Numbered from the stretch's first letter, positions 14,301 to 27,697 are shown. The stretch is 64,000 nt of DNA from Octopus sinensis (GCF_006345805.1 NC_042998.1:112344001-112408000), one strand, 5' to 3'. Numbers and translations: made by a program. The notes: generated by a model from the letters alone, not told the origin.

Positions 14301-15143
14301 TTGCATACATGTATATATGTACATAAATATATACTTCATATATATATTATATATGTATAATACAGACACAGACATATCGCGATATTAGCGCATACGTATA
14401 TGGCGCTAATGTTTACAGATTTTAAAACTGACCACCAAGAATTTTGATCCTTTTCAAATCTGGATGATAAGCAAAGGTTTTGGGCATTGCCCTACATTTT
14501 TGATTAACTGATAATAAATATATGCACACATGAGAACGATATCCTCCATATATATATTATATATGTAGTTTTTCATTTGTGCCAAAAATTTTACCCATTT
14601 GCTATTTTTTTAAATGAATCTACGCAAAAATTTTACTAAGGAAATTTTAAGCCTATTTTGTGCATATTTCAATTATATATAATAATAGCAGCAACAACGA
14701 TCGTACAATTTTACAAACTGTTTCAGTGTCTTTGTTCGTATTATGCCAAACCTAAATCTTAATTTTAATAACTACCTCCATATCTGACATTATCATAATT
14801 TTGATGTTATGAATTTGGGATCAATCTTTGAGTTTTCATTTTACCAGGGTCGAGAAAATGTTGAAATCCCCACTCATCGATTATAATACCCCGATCTTCT
14901 CGTCTCCATTCCTCTCTCTTGAAATTCTGTGGCCTTGTTGTTCCAATGTGAGAAATCACTATTTCCTGTTAAACAAGTAAACAACGGTAAACTGTATGGT
15001 GCTGTAAACCTGGTTTACATTTTGTTAAAATTTACTAATTTACTTTAATTCAAATATAAAAGAGCAATCCCATACAAGCAGGATCCTGTAAAATTTAGAG
15101 GTAACTTATTTCCGATATATCTATATCTATCTATATATATATA

Positions 15144-15200
<57 letters not shown>

Positions 15201-16279
15201 ATATATAATAATATACATGTATGTATATAAATAATCATTCCAACCAGCATACAAGCCACACAACCTTGATATAATTTGCTTTGTTGGTATGTATGTATTC
15301 TCTGGATAACAAGAAGCACAAACACTTATATATATAATACATATATATATGGGTTAATGTGTGTATAATACACTTGAATGTATATATATATTATGTATGT
15401 ATGTATATATACACACTCATATTACATTTTTGTTCAAATATATAATTGTATATGTAAACTTTATATACGTGAGGATTGTAAAAAAAAATATATTATTTAA
15501 TTTGAAAATGTATAAATATGTACAATAAACCTTTTAAAGCATTTATTCTATCTTTTTAGTTATTAATTGTGAACAATTCTTTCTTTTTTTTCTGTTACAC
15601 GTTGGTGTTTTTTTTTTCTTTTGAATGCAAATGTAAATTTCTCAGAGGAGGAACAGTACTCGATCTTTGTATGGAAAAGTACACCTTAACTAGTGCGTCT
15701 GATACATTTGTTTCTAATCTTTATAATGTGATCAATATTTCGAGTAAAATGTGAACTGGAGTGGTGCCAAATGTTTTCTGAATGCATGTAATAGAGGAGG
15801 TAAGGACATAATTTTTTGAGAAGCGGGTTACATGAAGCATGTCTCTTCACCTGGCAAGCCACACTCTCAGAACATTCGTTAGGCGTGCCATTCAGAAAGA
15901 TTTGTGGGCCGCAGATTTCCCATGATTGCACTAGAGTAAAGAAGAGTTGGTGCAACACTCCAAGAAATTTGAAGGTATTTTTCGTTAGGCGTGCCATTCA
16001 GAAAGTTCCGAGGACTGCAGATTGCCCTCCTCGAAATATAAAATGGAGTCGGGTTACTTGGTCGAGAAAATCAATGAGCAATCACTTTCTAGCTGTGACT
16101 ATACCGTATTACATGTTCAAAATTCCGAACACTTTATCAGGCCTGTCTCTTTTAACGATCTTGATTTGTGATGTGAACGCTATTTGGTCACCATTTCTAG
16201 TGGATTGCAGTTACCTCGTTTGTCTTTAAGGTCATGATAAATTATTGTGGCATCCGCACCAGAAATGAAAATATATTCT

Positions 16280-16664
16280 TTTCTACTCTACGCACAAAGC
16301 CCGAAATTTGGCGAGGGTGGGGAGCAGTCAATTAGATCGACCTTAGTACGCAACTGGTACTTAATTTATCGACCCTGAAAGGATGAAAAGCAAAGTCGGC
16401 CTCGGCGGAATTTGAACTCAGAACGCAAACACAGACGAAATACCTATTTCTTTACTACCTACAAGGGGCCAAACACAGAGAGGACAAACAAGGACAGACA
16501 AACAGATTAAGTCGATTATATCGACCCCAGTGCGTAACTGGTACTTATTTAATTGACCCCGAAAGGATGAAAGGCAAAGTCGACCTCGTCGGAATTTGAA
16601 CACAGACGAAATACCGCTAAGCATTTCGCCCGGCGTGCTAACGTTTCTTCCAGCTTGCTGCTTT
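16280..16664 (-). mobile_element. Dimeric SINE family A insertion (full monomer plus headless monomer) with a 16-bp TSD
   Basis: Two tandem bodies with different tails, flanked by aatgaaaatatattct (16264-16279) and aatggaaatatattct (16665-16680). Confidence 0.8.
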
Positions 16665-16733
16665 AATGGAAATATATTCTGAAGACAGACTCTTGTATAT
16701 CGGAGCGTAAAAAATATTCTAGTGAATCCACTT

Positions 16734-17900
16734 TATATTGGATCATACCATAAATAATGCGGTTTTTTATGCTCCTTTTATTTTGCAAAATTATGATAAA
16801 CAAATTCCCTTTTAATCTAAAATATACTCTTCCTCATTTTCTACAATGCTCTTCCAATGCTCTTCCAAGACTTGCAAGGCCCCTCTTCCAAAATTCAAAT
16901 AGTCTGTGACGAAAAATACTCTTCCAGTACTGTTCTGATCCCGTCTACAGAATTCGTATTTTTTCCGTCCAAATGATTTTGCAGACTGCGAAGTAAATGA
17001 TAATTAAATGGGGCAATGTCCGGCGAATATGGTGGGTTGGGCATCGTTTCCCATTCAAAGTACTCCAGCCTTTGGAATGTCATCATCACTGTATGTGGCC
17101 GAGCATTATCCGGATGGAAGAACCCCTTTCGTCTTGAAACCAAAGATGGTCGTCTTCCTTCTAGCGCTGATTTAAGCTACTCAAGCTGCTTGCAGTAGAT
17201 CTCCTAAATTAACGTTTGGTTTGAGTTTAAAAGTTCAAAATGGACTAAACTTTTCATATCCTACCAAACAGATCACAACACCTTACGTGGGTGAAGATCT
17301 TCTTTGGCTTGGGGTGTCAGTGTTTCTCCTTTCCATACTCACTGTCTTCGGCGCTTGACATTTTTATACAGAACCCATTTCTCGTCACCAGTGACTATTC
17401 GGCAAAAAAAAAAAGCTCATTCGCGAGACGTGACAATAAAGAAGAGCACACGTTCAGTCTCTGCATGCGATTAGACACGGAAAGTTTGAGAGGAACCCAT
17501 TGACCCAATTTGCTAACTTTTCCGATGGCACGCAGGTGTCGATGAATGGTTGAATGACCTAATCTAAGCTTCTCTGTAAGTTCCTCAACAGTTACAATGG
17601 GATCTTGTTCCACCAGGATTTGCAAGACGTCCTCGTCGAGCTCAACAGATATTCCAGGACGAGGCTAGTCATCTAGGCTGTAGTTTCTGGCTCGGAATTT
17701 CTGAAACCACCGTTGACACTGGGTTATGCTTATTGTGTGATCCCCATATACTGCAATAATATTCATCGCACTTTCCGTTGCGTTGTTGCCTTTATTGAAC
17801 TCATAAAGCAAAATATGCCGAATATACTCCTTTGTCACTTTGAAAAAATAACTGATAAAATCGAACTGCACTCTTCAAAACTTGCACTGAGAATAAGTTC
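16734..17900 (-). mobile_element. Mariner (DD34D-type) transposon relic; pseudogenised near-full-length transposase at 16812-17871
   Basis: Translated pieces: IRHILLYEFNKG...QCQRWFQKFR (HTH), GQWVP, VTGDEKWVLY, HPDNARPH, PPYSPDIAPFNYHL. Many stops. One TIR-like end, TA+tattggatcataccataaataatgcggtttttt, at 16734-16768; the partner TIR was not found. Confidence 0.9.
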
Positions 17901-18119
17901 TTTTTAATCACCCACAAGATGCCGACATAGAAAGCACAAAACAAAAATATGTGGGGACACATAACACGAAAAAAATAAAATTAAAAATAGGTTAACATGA
18001 ATGATACATCAAATTGAAACATGAAAATGAGCTGCTCACCTCACCTCAAGCAGCAACACTTACTTCCTTCTGAATCCTGAGTCCTTCAAAACGTCCAATC
18101 CGAATTTTCTCTCAGTTGC

Positions 18120-19180
18120 TCATATCCTACATTTCAAGTTCGCATCAGTCTTCCAATACTTATAACCTTTTATATATTTTGCAATCACTTCCTTCTGGCT
18201 CTGAGGCACCAGCACACACACGTACCAACCCACAACATTTCTATATCCCTCCACATCCACAAATTTTGCTGTCTTCCACCTTGTTACCCCATTTATTATT
18301 TCCTCGTCTACATCCTCTGTTAACACACATAACTTTTCACGGGGGTTGGGATTTTGTGTATCTTGTGATGTCTGTTTCTCTCTTTGTTTTACATTGTGAA
18401 GGAAGGGAGTGGGTGGATTTGGTTCTGTGGGGAGAGGGCGGGTCTGAGAGGTTATGGGTGGGGTGGGGATGGCTTGGGGTTCCACATCACACTGTCCTTT
18501 CTTCCTCTTTTTTCTTCTTCCCTCTGCCACTGTCCATAATTATTCCTTTTTCCTTTCTTTCATCTGTACCTCTTCTTGCTTCTTCTCCGACTCTTTATCC
18601 ACTTTTTCCAGACTATGCTTCTGCAGAGGGCAGTGGAGGACAGTATGCTCTAATGTGGCTCTTTTGGCCACATTTAAAACAGCGACGGATTCTGCCTTCC
18701 ACCCACACTCTCAAGATTATGTCTCCTACAGTCACCGTGTCCGCCAAATCTTCCAAATCTTCCTGCAGTCACTGTCTCCGCCAAATCTTCCAAATCTTAT
18801 ACTTCAGCCTGAACAATAATTTCTAATGTTTTTCCTTTTCACATCACCTCCTCCGTTCCCGTGGCTTGGAGGACTGTCACTTTCTCCTCACTTCCAAGGA
18901 GGACAGCTGCCGCAACCCAAGCCACAGCTTTGTCTGGCGGGATTCCGTCTGCTCTGATGCAACAACTTCACGTCACCACCTACTTTATGTGCCATTTTTT
19001 GATGTTCTTCCATTCTAAACAAGTCTATTTCATTCGTGTTTTAACTCCGTTACTTCAGCGAAGCTCTTTTTCTTTTCTAAGACATCTGTCCATTCTGCTT
19101 ACTGCCTTTACTAATCCCTCCTCTGAAGTGGACAATTCCGACCCGCTAAGGTCCGAATAGAACATTTTTTCATTAGCCAT
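18120..19180 (-). pseudogene. Decayed gag-like/LINE ORF1 with a CCHC zinc knuckle
   Basis: Minus strand 18640-18681 encodes CFKCGQKSHIRAYC (C-x2-C-x4-H-x4-C). The surrounding frame is broken by stops, and there is a ~37-bp tandem duplication at 18729-18798. Confidence 0.65.
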
Positions 19181-19730
19181 CGCTATCTCTCTTGAAACAG
19201 AGAGAAAGCACAACCAGTAAAATCGCTGCTAAGCAGCATAAAAATCAACACTTCGATACAACTCAATACACCTTAAAAAAATACGACTTGTCCTGAGAAT
19301 ACTGTTCAAATCCTGTTGCGATCAATCTTGCCATATATTCTTTAGGAATTGATAACATGAGTTACCTATCTAGAACTTGAGTCAAAAGCATCAACTAACC
19401 ACTACCATAAAAACTCACTAGCCTTGTGTCTAAGTTGGAAACAATTATTTCTCTGACATTTCTTATAATAAAGCTAGCCTTCTGTGAGACCCAGGGTATA
19501 AAATGTCATAAAATTACTGCGGGAGACTAATTAGTTGTAATGCTTCCTTTCAAGAGAATTATTCGAACATAAAAATGGAATTCCACATGTTGAGAATGTA
19601 GATGAATTAGCCAATCTAGAATATATTTGGTCATTGTAGAAGGCAGAACCTGGAAGTTTTGCAGTAATAGGAATAAGGTTGTATGCCTCAGGCAAAAACG
19701 AAATAAGTGCTGTTACTCAAAGTATGACAA

Positions 19731-20250
19731 TATGAGGTGGTATCAAAAATTTCCCGGACTAGTTCTGTAGTACGCCAACAGATGGCAGCACATGTGTAAG
19801 CAGTGAGAGTGTGCCGAGTGACATCACTATGTTTACTTCACAATTTGTGAAATTTGATTTTTTGTGATCACATGTATGCCGTAGTCTGCGATTTCGTCAT
19901 GGACAGGAAGTTGGAACAATGGCAAAAACAACACGGTATCGCTTCCGGATCCGCCCTATTCTCCAAATTTAGCACCTGCAGTCTTTCATCTCTTCCCCAA
20001 GATAAAAATGCAGCTCAAAGGTCGCCGTTTTAATACCGTTGTCGATATCAAGAGCGAATCACAGTAGTTCCTCAACTCGTTTACGGAAGATGGCATCTAG
20101 ATCGGTCTCCAAAAGTTGCAGGAACGTAGAAACCGGTGTATTGCTGCGCAAAGTGACCGTTTCGAAAGTGATGATGCTAAAATTTAGGTTAATAAGTTAT
20201 TTTTTTTATTAAACTTCAGCAGTCCTTGAACTTTTTGATACCACTTCGTA
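19731..20250 (+). mobile_element. Internally deleted mariner element with both TIRs and TA target duplication
   Basis: Imperfect ~28-bp TIRs (TA-tgaggtggtatcaaaaatttcccggact / agtccttgaactttttgataccacttcg-TA). The interior joins the start MDRKLEQ to the C-terminal PPYSPNLAPAVFHLFPKIKMQLKGRRF. Confidence 0.9.
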
Positions 20251-21989
20251 TCAACATTAAAAGAAATAATTGTTTGTAACATAAGCTTAAGGCAAAAAAT
20301 TATGAGAATTGTCAATCGTTTAATACGCCTCAACATTTGGATGGTAGTTTATTTTATAGATGGAGACCTACTTTTGAGAGAGGGAGAGGGATTGAAGGAA
20401 GGAGAGATTATATTTAATGTAATACAAAAGGTCTATCAAAAGTTAAGGATTTTGAAAGAATTCATATATAACCGAAATCATGACTTTTACACATACCTTT
20501 CAGGAGTTCGAGAGTGTCAGAAAGGCAGATAAATAACCGTTTCATTTGTCTTGACTGTAGATTTCTTAAGATTTGTTTATGGAAGGAATCATCTACTGAA
20601 GTTTCTCTGAGTAGAACTGCCAAAATAAGCACTCGCGTTCCTTGTTAACTACGACTTTAACGACTTATAATGGCCAGATTCGTGGTTGTGATGGAGATAG
20701 TTTAGTTTCAAATTGGCTCTGATCGAGTAAGCGGTTGAACAAAGACGTTTTATTTTTAACCAATCTGTTTCTTTTATTCAGACGTTCTATCTAGAACTAC
20801 ATTAGCCCATGTGACCAAAAACTTTTGAGATAGTAAGGAGTTATTTGACGGAGATTTACCCGATATCTCTATCAGTTCGAAAATAGGGAACTATATATAT
20901 GCTCTGTGGGTGTGAAGGAGAGTTGTTATATCAGACATGCACTATGAGATCACGTGTGTGAGGCAAATGGAAAGGTGGGATGCATAAGATAGTTCTAATT
21001 ATCTGACCGCTTTCAAATGGAGTTCCCGGAATTACCCAAAATGCACTTGAACAAATTACAGCGCGAAATAAGTTGCAAAAAGGGAGAATATTAATGGAAT
21101 GCAGGCTGTCTAAGTTTCCAACTGATTAACTCCATAGACTTTGTAAACTTTATAATCTGCAACATTTATACTGAACTTGTAGGTGACGATCCGGTTACTG
21201 GAAGCTAGACATATACTTTCTTTCAAAGAGAGTTTGCAGTGAGCGGATTAACGATCTAATTAAACGTGATTTGACAGCTATTAGCTAATAAGTAGCGAGT
21301 GAATTTTAAAATTAAACGTTTTATAGAATCGCTCAGACTTAGTAAAGTAAGAGCGTACTACAGCAACTGCAAAATTTTATTGGAAACATGTACTAAACGA
21401 CACATGGTGGCGAGAATAGATTTTCGATGCTAAATGGAAAGGTAATTTTATGGCGCTAGGGCAATGTGCTTTGAATATATAATAACAAAAGACTTTTAAT
21501 CTATGGATGGAATAACCAGGATACAGAAACAAAGCTCTTAAGTGATCAATAAGCAAAGAGACACCTTTGTATAGAAGACCGTAGCAGTAATCAAGCAGTG
21601 AAAATTAACTGAAGCTTTATAAATGGAAATACTATTATATACTCAATGGCTGGACAGAAGACTTCGGTTAGCTATCGCATGTCTCGAAACTACCAAGAGA
21701 AAATTCAATAGTTCTTCCAAATGCACTAAGAGGCCTATCAACTCTATAAAAAGGTGAGAGAAGTTCCCTTGATTAGTTATATAATAAAAGAGGATGAGTA
21801 AAAGGGATTTACATACGCAATTCAAATGTGAAGCAACTTTGTTAACAAGTAAATTTCGCAGAGAAGGAAAAAATTTATCATCCATCAAAAATGAGCATTA
21901 AATGAAACTAGGAAATTCTTCTCCTGGGAATACTCTAAACAACATGGACCGCTGCCGATGGTATAATACTGACAATAAAAGAATCATGC

Positions 21990-22900
21990 TACCATGCCAC
22001 AATCGAGCGTAAGTGATATAGAACACACAGTAAAAATGAATGAAGGACGGAAAGCACAGCTAACAATAAAATTCAAACAAAACTTCATCATCTGTAAATA
22101 ATTACATGAAAGAACCATCAGTAATCCTACCAACCTAATGTTGTCTACAGTGGTCGAAGTAACTAAGGCACACTTTTCCTCACTCACTACCCCATGACAA
22201 GGTCCCAACTGCGATAATCGATGCCATTAAGAGAATAACTGCAGCATAGTGCTTTCAGTAAGAACTAAAGTTGCTACTATGGTCACAACTACTGCAGTGA
22301 CTAACAGAATTAGGCTATCAATTGTAGCATTTCATAGTAACAACTTGTCTGCAATACTTTTCTCCCAGGCAGTGAAGCCCTTGTCAGCTCTGTTAACGCC
22401 GAAATGCCAAGCCTACGCGACAGGATCTGGTGATTAAAGGAAGGTAATTTCATCCTCATTTTCTTGTTGATAACTTAACCTGTGTTCGAATATAGTTCAG
22501 GGCACCTAAAGACAGAACTGATCATAACATACTTGGTCAGGACAAGCGTTCATAGTTGGTAGTCAAACATGGAAAGATTTTCGACCGAGCAACGTATATG
22601 ATCACTAATGGTATGTCTGTTACCATTTCTCTACCTCCAGTGATGAATATTATAAATACTTCGGAATCAAGAGAATATTGTATATGTAGAAGTGAGTAAA
22701 GCTGAAGTGGTAAAAGAGTGCTTTAGCAAACTTTGAAAAGTATAGAAGTGGAAGCTCTCTGAATCAAATAAACCATATTCCACAAATCTCTGGCATTGCC
22801 AGTGCTATTAGCAACATTTGGAATACTAGATTGAACATTTAAAGAAATCTACAACTTGGATATCAGAACAAGGAAGATACAATGACTTATAATTTCTGTA
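21990..22900 (+). mobile_element. Highly decayed R4/Dong-like non-LTR reverse transcriptase remnant
   Basis: AFHSNNLSAILFSQAVKPLSALL resembles GIFQGDSLSPLLF..A..PLS.LL. LALPVLLATFGILD*TFKEIYNLDIRTRK (~22787-22880) resembles the Dong post-RT motif. Confidence 0.5.
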
Positions 22901-23206
22901 TCAACAGAGGCACTGTGGAGAATATTAATAAGGGTATGAATCCACACAAGGGGACCGATAACATAAGTATCAAACTTTAAAAATAAGTACTGGAGTCGAT
23001 TTGTTCAACTATGCCGAGGCGAATTATATCATGTTACATATTTGTATGAACTAAGATCCCCGTTGACAGGCCGCTGGTATTTATAGAGCGTTAAACACTT
23101 TCGGTATGCAACTTAGGGAGTCCTTCATAGAGTAAATGCTGCATTTGTTGAGTATATAAGCAGTTTGGCTGCTTGTTTCTCTGAGACTGTCGGAATGGTG
23201 TAGATT

Positions 23207-23247
23207 CCTCTGACGAGAACTCATTGAGGTTCTAAAATCGATTAAGG
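23207..23247 (+). ncRNA. Minimal type-I hammerhead motif with G12->U (probably inactive), in a pLTR-like fragment ~23060-23290
   Basis: cct-CTGACGA-gaac(tcattgag)gttc-TAAA-atcgat-TA-agg; stem III is the palindrome AATCGATT. Confidence 0.6.
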
Positions 23248-23410
23248 TTGTTCATTTCTTTTTTCAGTCTGCGGAGAAATAGCTACTACAATTTTCCTTA
23301 TTTATGATTATACCATATATTACACATATATATGCTTGTAATATGCATATACATACATATAACTATATATAAGTATGTAAACCAGTAGATCTGTAACAGT
23401 GTGTGTGTGT

Positions 23411-23448
<38 letters not shown>

Positions 23449-23734
23449 CCTGTGTTTGCGTGTTTGTGTGCATTCATGTATATGATTCCTTTATAATTAT
23501 CTATAATCACAAAGTATTGTCTTTATCGTTTTGATGAAATAATTAGAGTAATTAATATACTAGCACACATTCTAACGTTAATTTCCGTATCTTGAGTATT
23601 CTGGAAAGCAAATTAAACATATATAAAATCACGATTGTGCTTCCGTTATAAAGATTTTGCACTTTTGTCTATATACATATACTTAGACACACCACAAGCG
23701 CACACACACGTGTGCGCGCGCGCACATACTCCCA

Positions 23735-23772
<38 letters not shown>

Positions 23773-24381
23773 TATGCTTGTGATTCTATGCATGTACATA
23801 TATACAACACGTTGGAGAATCCTGATATAACGGAAGCAGTCGAAATATCGTGATTTCAAATATGCTCAATTTGTTTTTCAGAATACTTGAAATGCGGAAA
23901 TTAACATTAAAATAGTATTCGAAATAATCTTGGAAAAACGAGCTATTTTATATATTATAAGAATAAATATATCACAATTATGAAGAAAATATTTTCCCTG
24001 TAAGATGATTGACACAACACTTTAAAATTTTATCAGTTTTACGGATATAGCATTAATATACTGATATAAGCAATAGATTCTTGAAGATACAAGCAAACTT
24101 CATATTTTTCACTTCTGTTAAGCTTTATGCTCATTGCTCTGCACAAGAGAAATACTTACGTTGTTACTGAGAAGTATTTGTTCATGTATACACACACATA
24201 TATATGTGCCTCTATGCGTGCGTGTTGTGTGTGTGTATGTGTGTGTATGTATGTATGTATGTATGTATGTATGTGTGTCATTATTCAGTTTTATTTCATG
24301 ATTTCTTGCCAATACAGAAAGAGCCAGTTTATAACCAAGATCCAAGGCTCCTTCATTGGAATTTCAGCAACGTCAACAAGG

Positions 24382-24532
24382 TATTTTTCTGTGTATGTAT
24401 GTATGTATGTATGTATGTATGTATGTATGTATGTATGTATGTATGTATGTATGTATGTATGTAGTATGTATGTATGTATGTATGTATGTATGTATGTATG
24501 TATGTATGTATGTATGTATGTATGTATGTATG
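24382..24532. repeat. (TGTA)n microsatellite, abutting the 3' end of the RTE fragment
   Basis: Visible tract. Confidence 0.95.
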
Positions 24533-24539
24533 TGGTGGT

Positions 24540-25560
24540 TGTCTACTCCTTGCAGATCTTGACCTCTTAGTATGAGATCTTAAATGACTTCTGAGCTTTG
24601 AAATCGTTTTGAAGAATTGATTACATATATTGCAGCAGCGTCTCATTCTGGCATTTGCTCCATCTTTCGCTTGTCTGTTATGAATGGCCAGGTGCCACTT
24701 CAACAACAATCTTCAATGTGACCTGCAGGCTTTTTTGCTTTTTGCTTTTTGTTTTTTTGACAGATATTGGATTGAATGTGGTCATCATGAACAAATTCCA
24801 ATAGTACATGTATCCTTATCCACATCTGATATCAGCGTGAGATATGATTTCTTTTGTACATAAAGGACATTTAAAAAAGGAATGAAATTTTTGAAACGCT
24901 TTAGATATCAATCTCGTTTTTAGGAAATTTTCTTTTCATTTCATCATACTTAACTCTTTCAAGCTCAAAGTCTTTAACACTGCACTAAATCGTAGCTCTC
25001 CACACAACCCTATCTGTCACAAGTGATTCAAGACTTTAGTAATTTTATTTAAGGTATTTCAAATTTGATTTTAAAGAATCTTCGCATCTTTTCTTTTTGA
25101 TTTTTCCCAGCATAAGCTCGCTATAATTCATTTGAAATTGCAATAGATGGCATCGATATATGATACTGTTCTTCGGGTGATGTGGTTAATCTGACAAGAA
25201 TGAAATTTAAATCCATAATCTATACCTCACTGGGATGTGATCTTTTATATGCTGATGACTATGGCCTAGTAAGTCACACTAAACAAGGCTTACCGAATCT
25301 AATTAGTACGTTGCTTCTTTATGTGACTTATTTGGTCTCAATTAATTTGAAAAAAAATCTGCTGCAGTGCACCAACCTGCTCCAGGAGAACAATGCAACG
25401 TACCTCAGATGCTGGTTAAGGGTACAGTGCTTAAAACGGCGACTTCTTTTGAATACCTGGGTAGCATGGTTTTGGTGAAAACCTAGATGCAGAAATCATT
25501 TCTGGTATCTAAAGGACAACAAAAGTCTTTGGCAGCCTTCAATCTAAAGTCAGGTTCAGA
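24540..25560 (-). mobile_element. RTE-clade LINE fragment with 5' inversion and C-terminal C2H2 zinc fingers
   Basis: Minus strand 25140->24540: YSELMLGK...DSLKSNLKYL...DRVVWRATI, FKCPLCTK (24852-24875), a broken finger, and an intact CNICNQFFKTISKLRSHLRSH (24572-24634). Plus strand 25140-25560: GDVVNLTRMK...DLLYADD...FEYLGS, the RTE RT domain. Confidence 0.75.
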
Positions 25561-25873
25561 TTGAAGGGCGGCAGCAGCAGCGGCAACGGGGTAGGGGACG
25601 GAGCTGAGGGGAGGGTCATAGTGCTACTAAGAACAATCACACACACACGTACACACACATGCACTCACAAACACAGATACATGTGCATATAAGGATACAC
25701 ATAATAGAAGAACAGAATAGAATAAGCAGTGCAAGAGTATGCATGAAAATGGAAAGTTTCGCTGAGGAGGTCACAAATATGTTAGAAAGATTTCCGGACA
25801 GTGGATATGAGTTAGAATGACCATCCTGAAATACAACAGCATATAGTACACACATACGCGTGTGCATGTATAT

Positions 25874-25954
<81 letters not shown>

Positions 25955-25959
<5 letters not shown>

Positions 25960-26121
25960 CATGTGCTGTTTATCTTGATATGAGATCACCATGTCGCGCA
26001 CATATGGTTGTGATGCATGTGCCTGGTGTACCCTTATCAGACGGGTAGTCATGATGGGTATATTGGGCTTCGTATATTTTACCCCAGTGTCACTTTGATG
26101 GCATGAACTGCTCTCTCACTC
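25955..26121 (+). mobile_element. 5'-truncated copy of the non-coding (AAT)-tailed element
   Basis: 167 bp with 4 differences from 28121-28287; ends in ctcactc+(AAT)n. Confidence 0.85.
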
Positions 26122-26317
<196 letters not shown>

Positions 26318-26711
26318 GATCATGAAGAAAAAAAACGCTTTCTAATTGATGTATCAATACCGGCTGATGACAACGTGTCTCTAAAAGAAATGGAGAAACT
26401 CTCAAAATACAAAGACCTGGAAATAGAGGTAACTAGAATGTGGAATCTGAAAACAGAAACAATTCCTATCATAGTAGGTGCATTAGGCATGATAAAAAAA
26501 TATTCAGACAAATACATAACAAAAACACCAGGACTTACAAACACATTTAACATACAGAAAATTGCACTACTAGGCACTGCACACATCCTACGCAGAACAC
26601 TTTCCATACAATAACCATCAGAGCATCACAACAAATCACAGCACATACCCAAGGCACACAGAGCTGTGCTCGGTAGTGAAGTGAAAGCACGCTATAAAAA
26701 TAAAACTACTG
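26318..26711 (+). mobile_element. R4/Dong-clade LINE 3' fragment (restriction-like endonuclease domain and 3' UTR) in (TAA)n
   Basis: LIDVSIPADDNVSLKEMEKLSKYKDLEIEVTRMWNLKTETIPIIVGALG...IQKIALLGTAHILRRTL*, an RLE C-terminus (stop at 26614). Flanked by (AAT)n on both sides. Confidence 0.9.
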
Positions 26712-26720
26712 AATAATAAT

Positions 26721-26821
<101 letters not shown>

Positions 26822-27075
26822 CTCTCTCTCTCACACACACAGACACAAATGCAGTTATACACGCATACACACACACAAACACACGCACTCATTAACACGA
26901 GCATACAGCAAACATACTGTTCCCTACCTATTATTATTTTATCCCTTCTCTTCCTACTATCTATTTTTGACGTCAATTCTTCTAAAGGTTTTTTTAAAAA
27001 AACACTCATTATCGCTTTGTTTACCATGTAGGCAATCATCGAAATTTTTGTTTGTCTTGTTGTCGAGAGAGGCTC

Positions 27076-27168
27076 CCTTTCTTTCCTGATGAGAAGATTG
27101 CATAATGCACCCTTTATTCCTTTGGAATGAAAACATGCTGTCTTTGAAACATGTGTCGAGAGTAAAGG
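27076..27168 (+). ncRNA. Type-I hammerhead ribozyme motif with long stem II, GUC site, in a pLTR-like unit ~26900-27360
   Basis: cctttctttc-CTGATGA-gaagattgcat...atgctgtcttt-GAAA-catgtg-TC-gagag(t)aaagg. Stem I is 10 bp with one bulge; the 10.1-11.1 pair is G-U. Confidence 0.7.
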
Positions 27169-27366
27169 AATTCTGTTAACATCTTCGTTCGACTCCATTC
27201 TTTCATTTATTCATATACAACACACAAATTTCTACACATGAACCCGGGGTTTCTACCCTTGACAGGTCGCTTCAACCGTGTTTTCTGACGTGAATTTGCT
27301 ACCCAGGTTTCGGTTAAACGAATTTTCCATGCTGACGATAAACATAGGATAATTCATTCACCTACT

Positions 27367-27445
<79 letters not shown>

Positions 27446-27479
27446 ATATACGTGTATATATACATAAACAGACACACAC

Positions 27480-27568
<89 letters not shown>

Positions 27569-27697
27569 GGATATTTCAATAATTCCTGATACTCTAATCT
27601 ATTGGCTATTTCTGAATCACAATACTTGCTCACTTATAAAAATGTCTAGACATTTTTACAAAACAGTGTCTAGACAATTTGTTTTGAAAAAAGCACG

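Noticed and set aside
14392-14420. attagcgc...gcgctaat hairpin as a Helitron end
   Set aside because: No CTRR terminus on either strand.
15686-16229. Overlapping ORFs with a 25-bp direct repeat (ttcgttaggcgtgccattcagaaag) and a TFKFLGV motif
   Set aside because: Probably decayed TE, but no family could be assigned.
21625-21760. MEILLYTQWLDRRL resembling the W-x-D-x-R-L motif of Cys-loop receptors
   Set aside because: No further Cys-loop motifs, an in-frame stop follows, and the region is next to a decayed LINE.
24353-24709. C2H2 finger as an exon of a host zinc-finger gene
   Set aside because: There is an in-frame stop and no acceptor upstream; the segment is continuous with RTE ORF2 C-terminal motifs and runs into a microsatellite.
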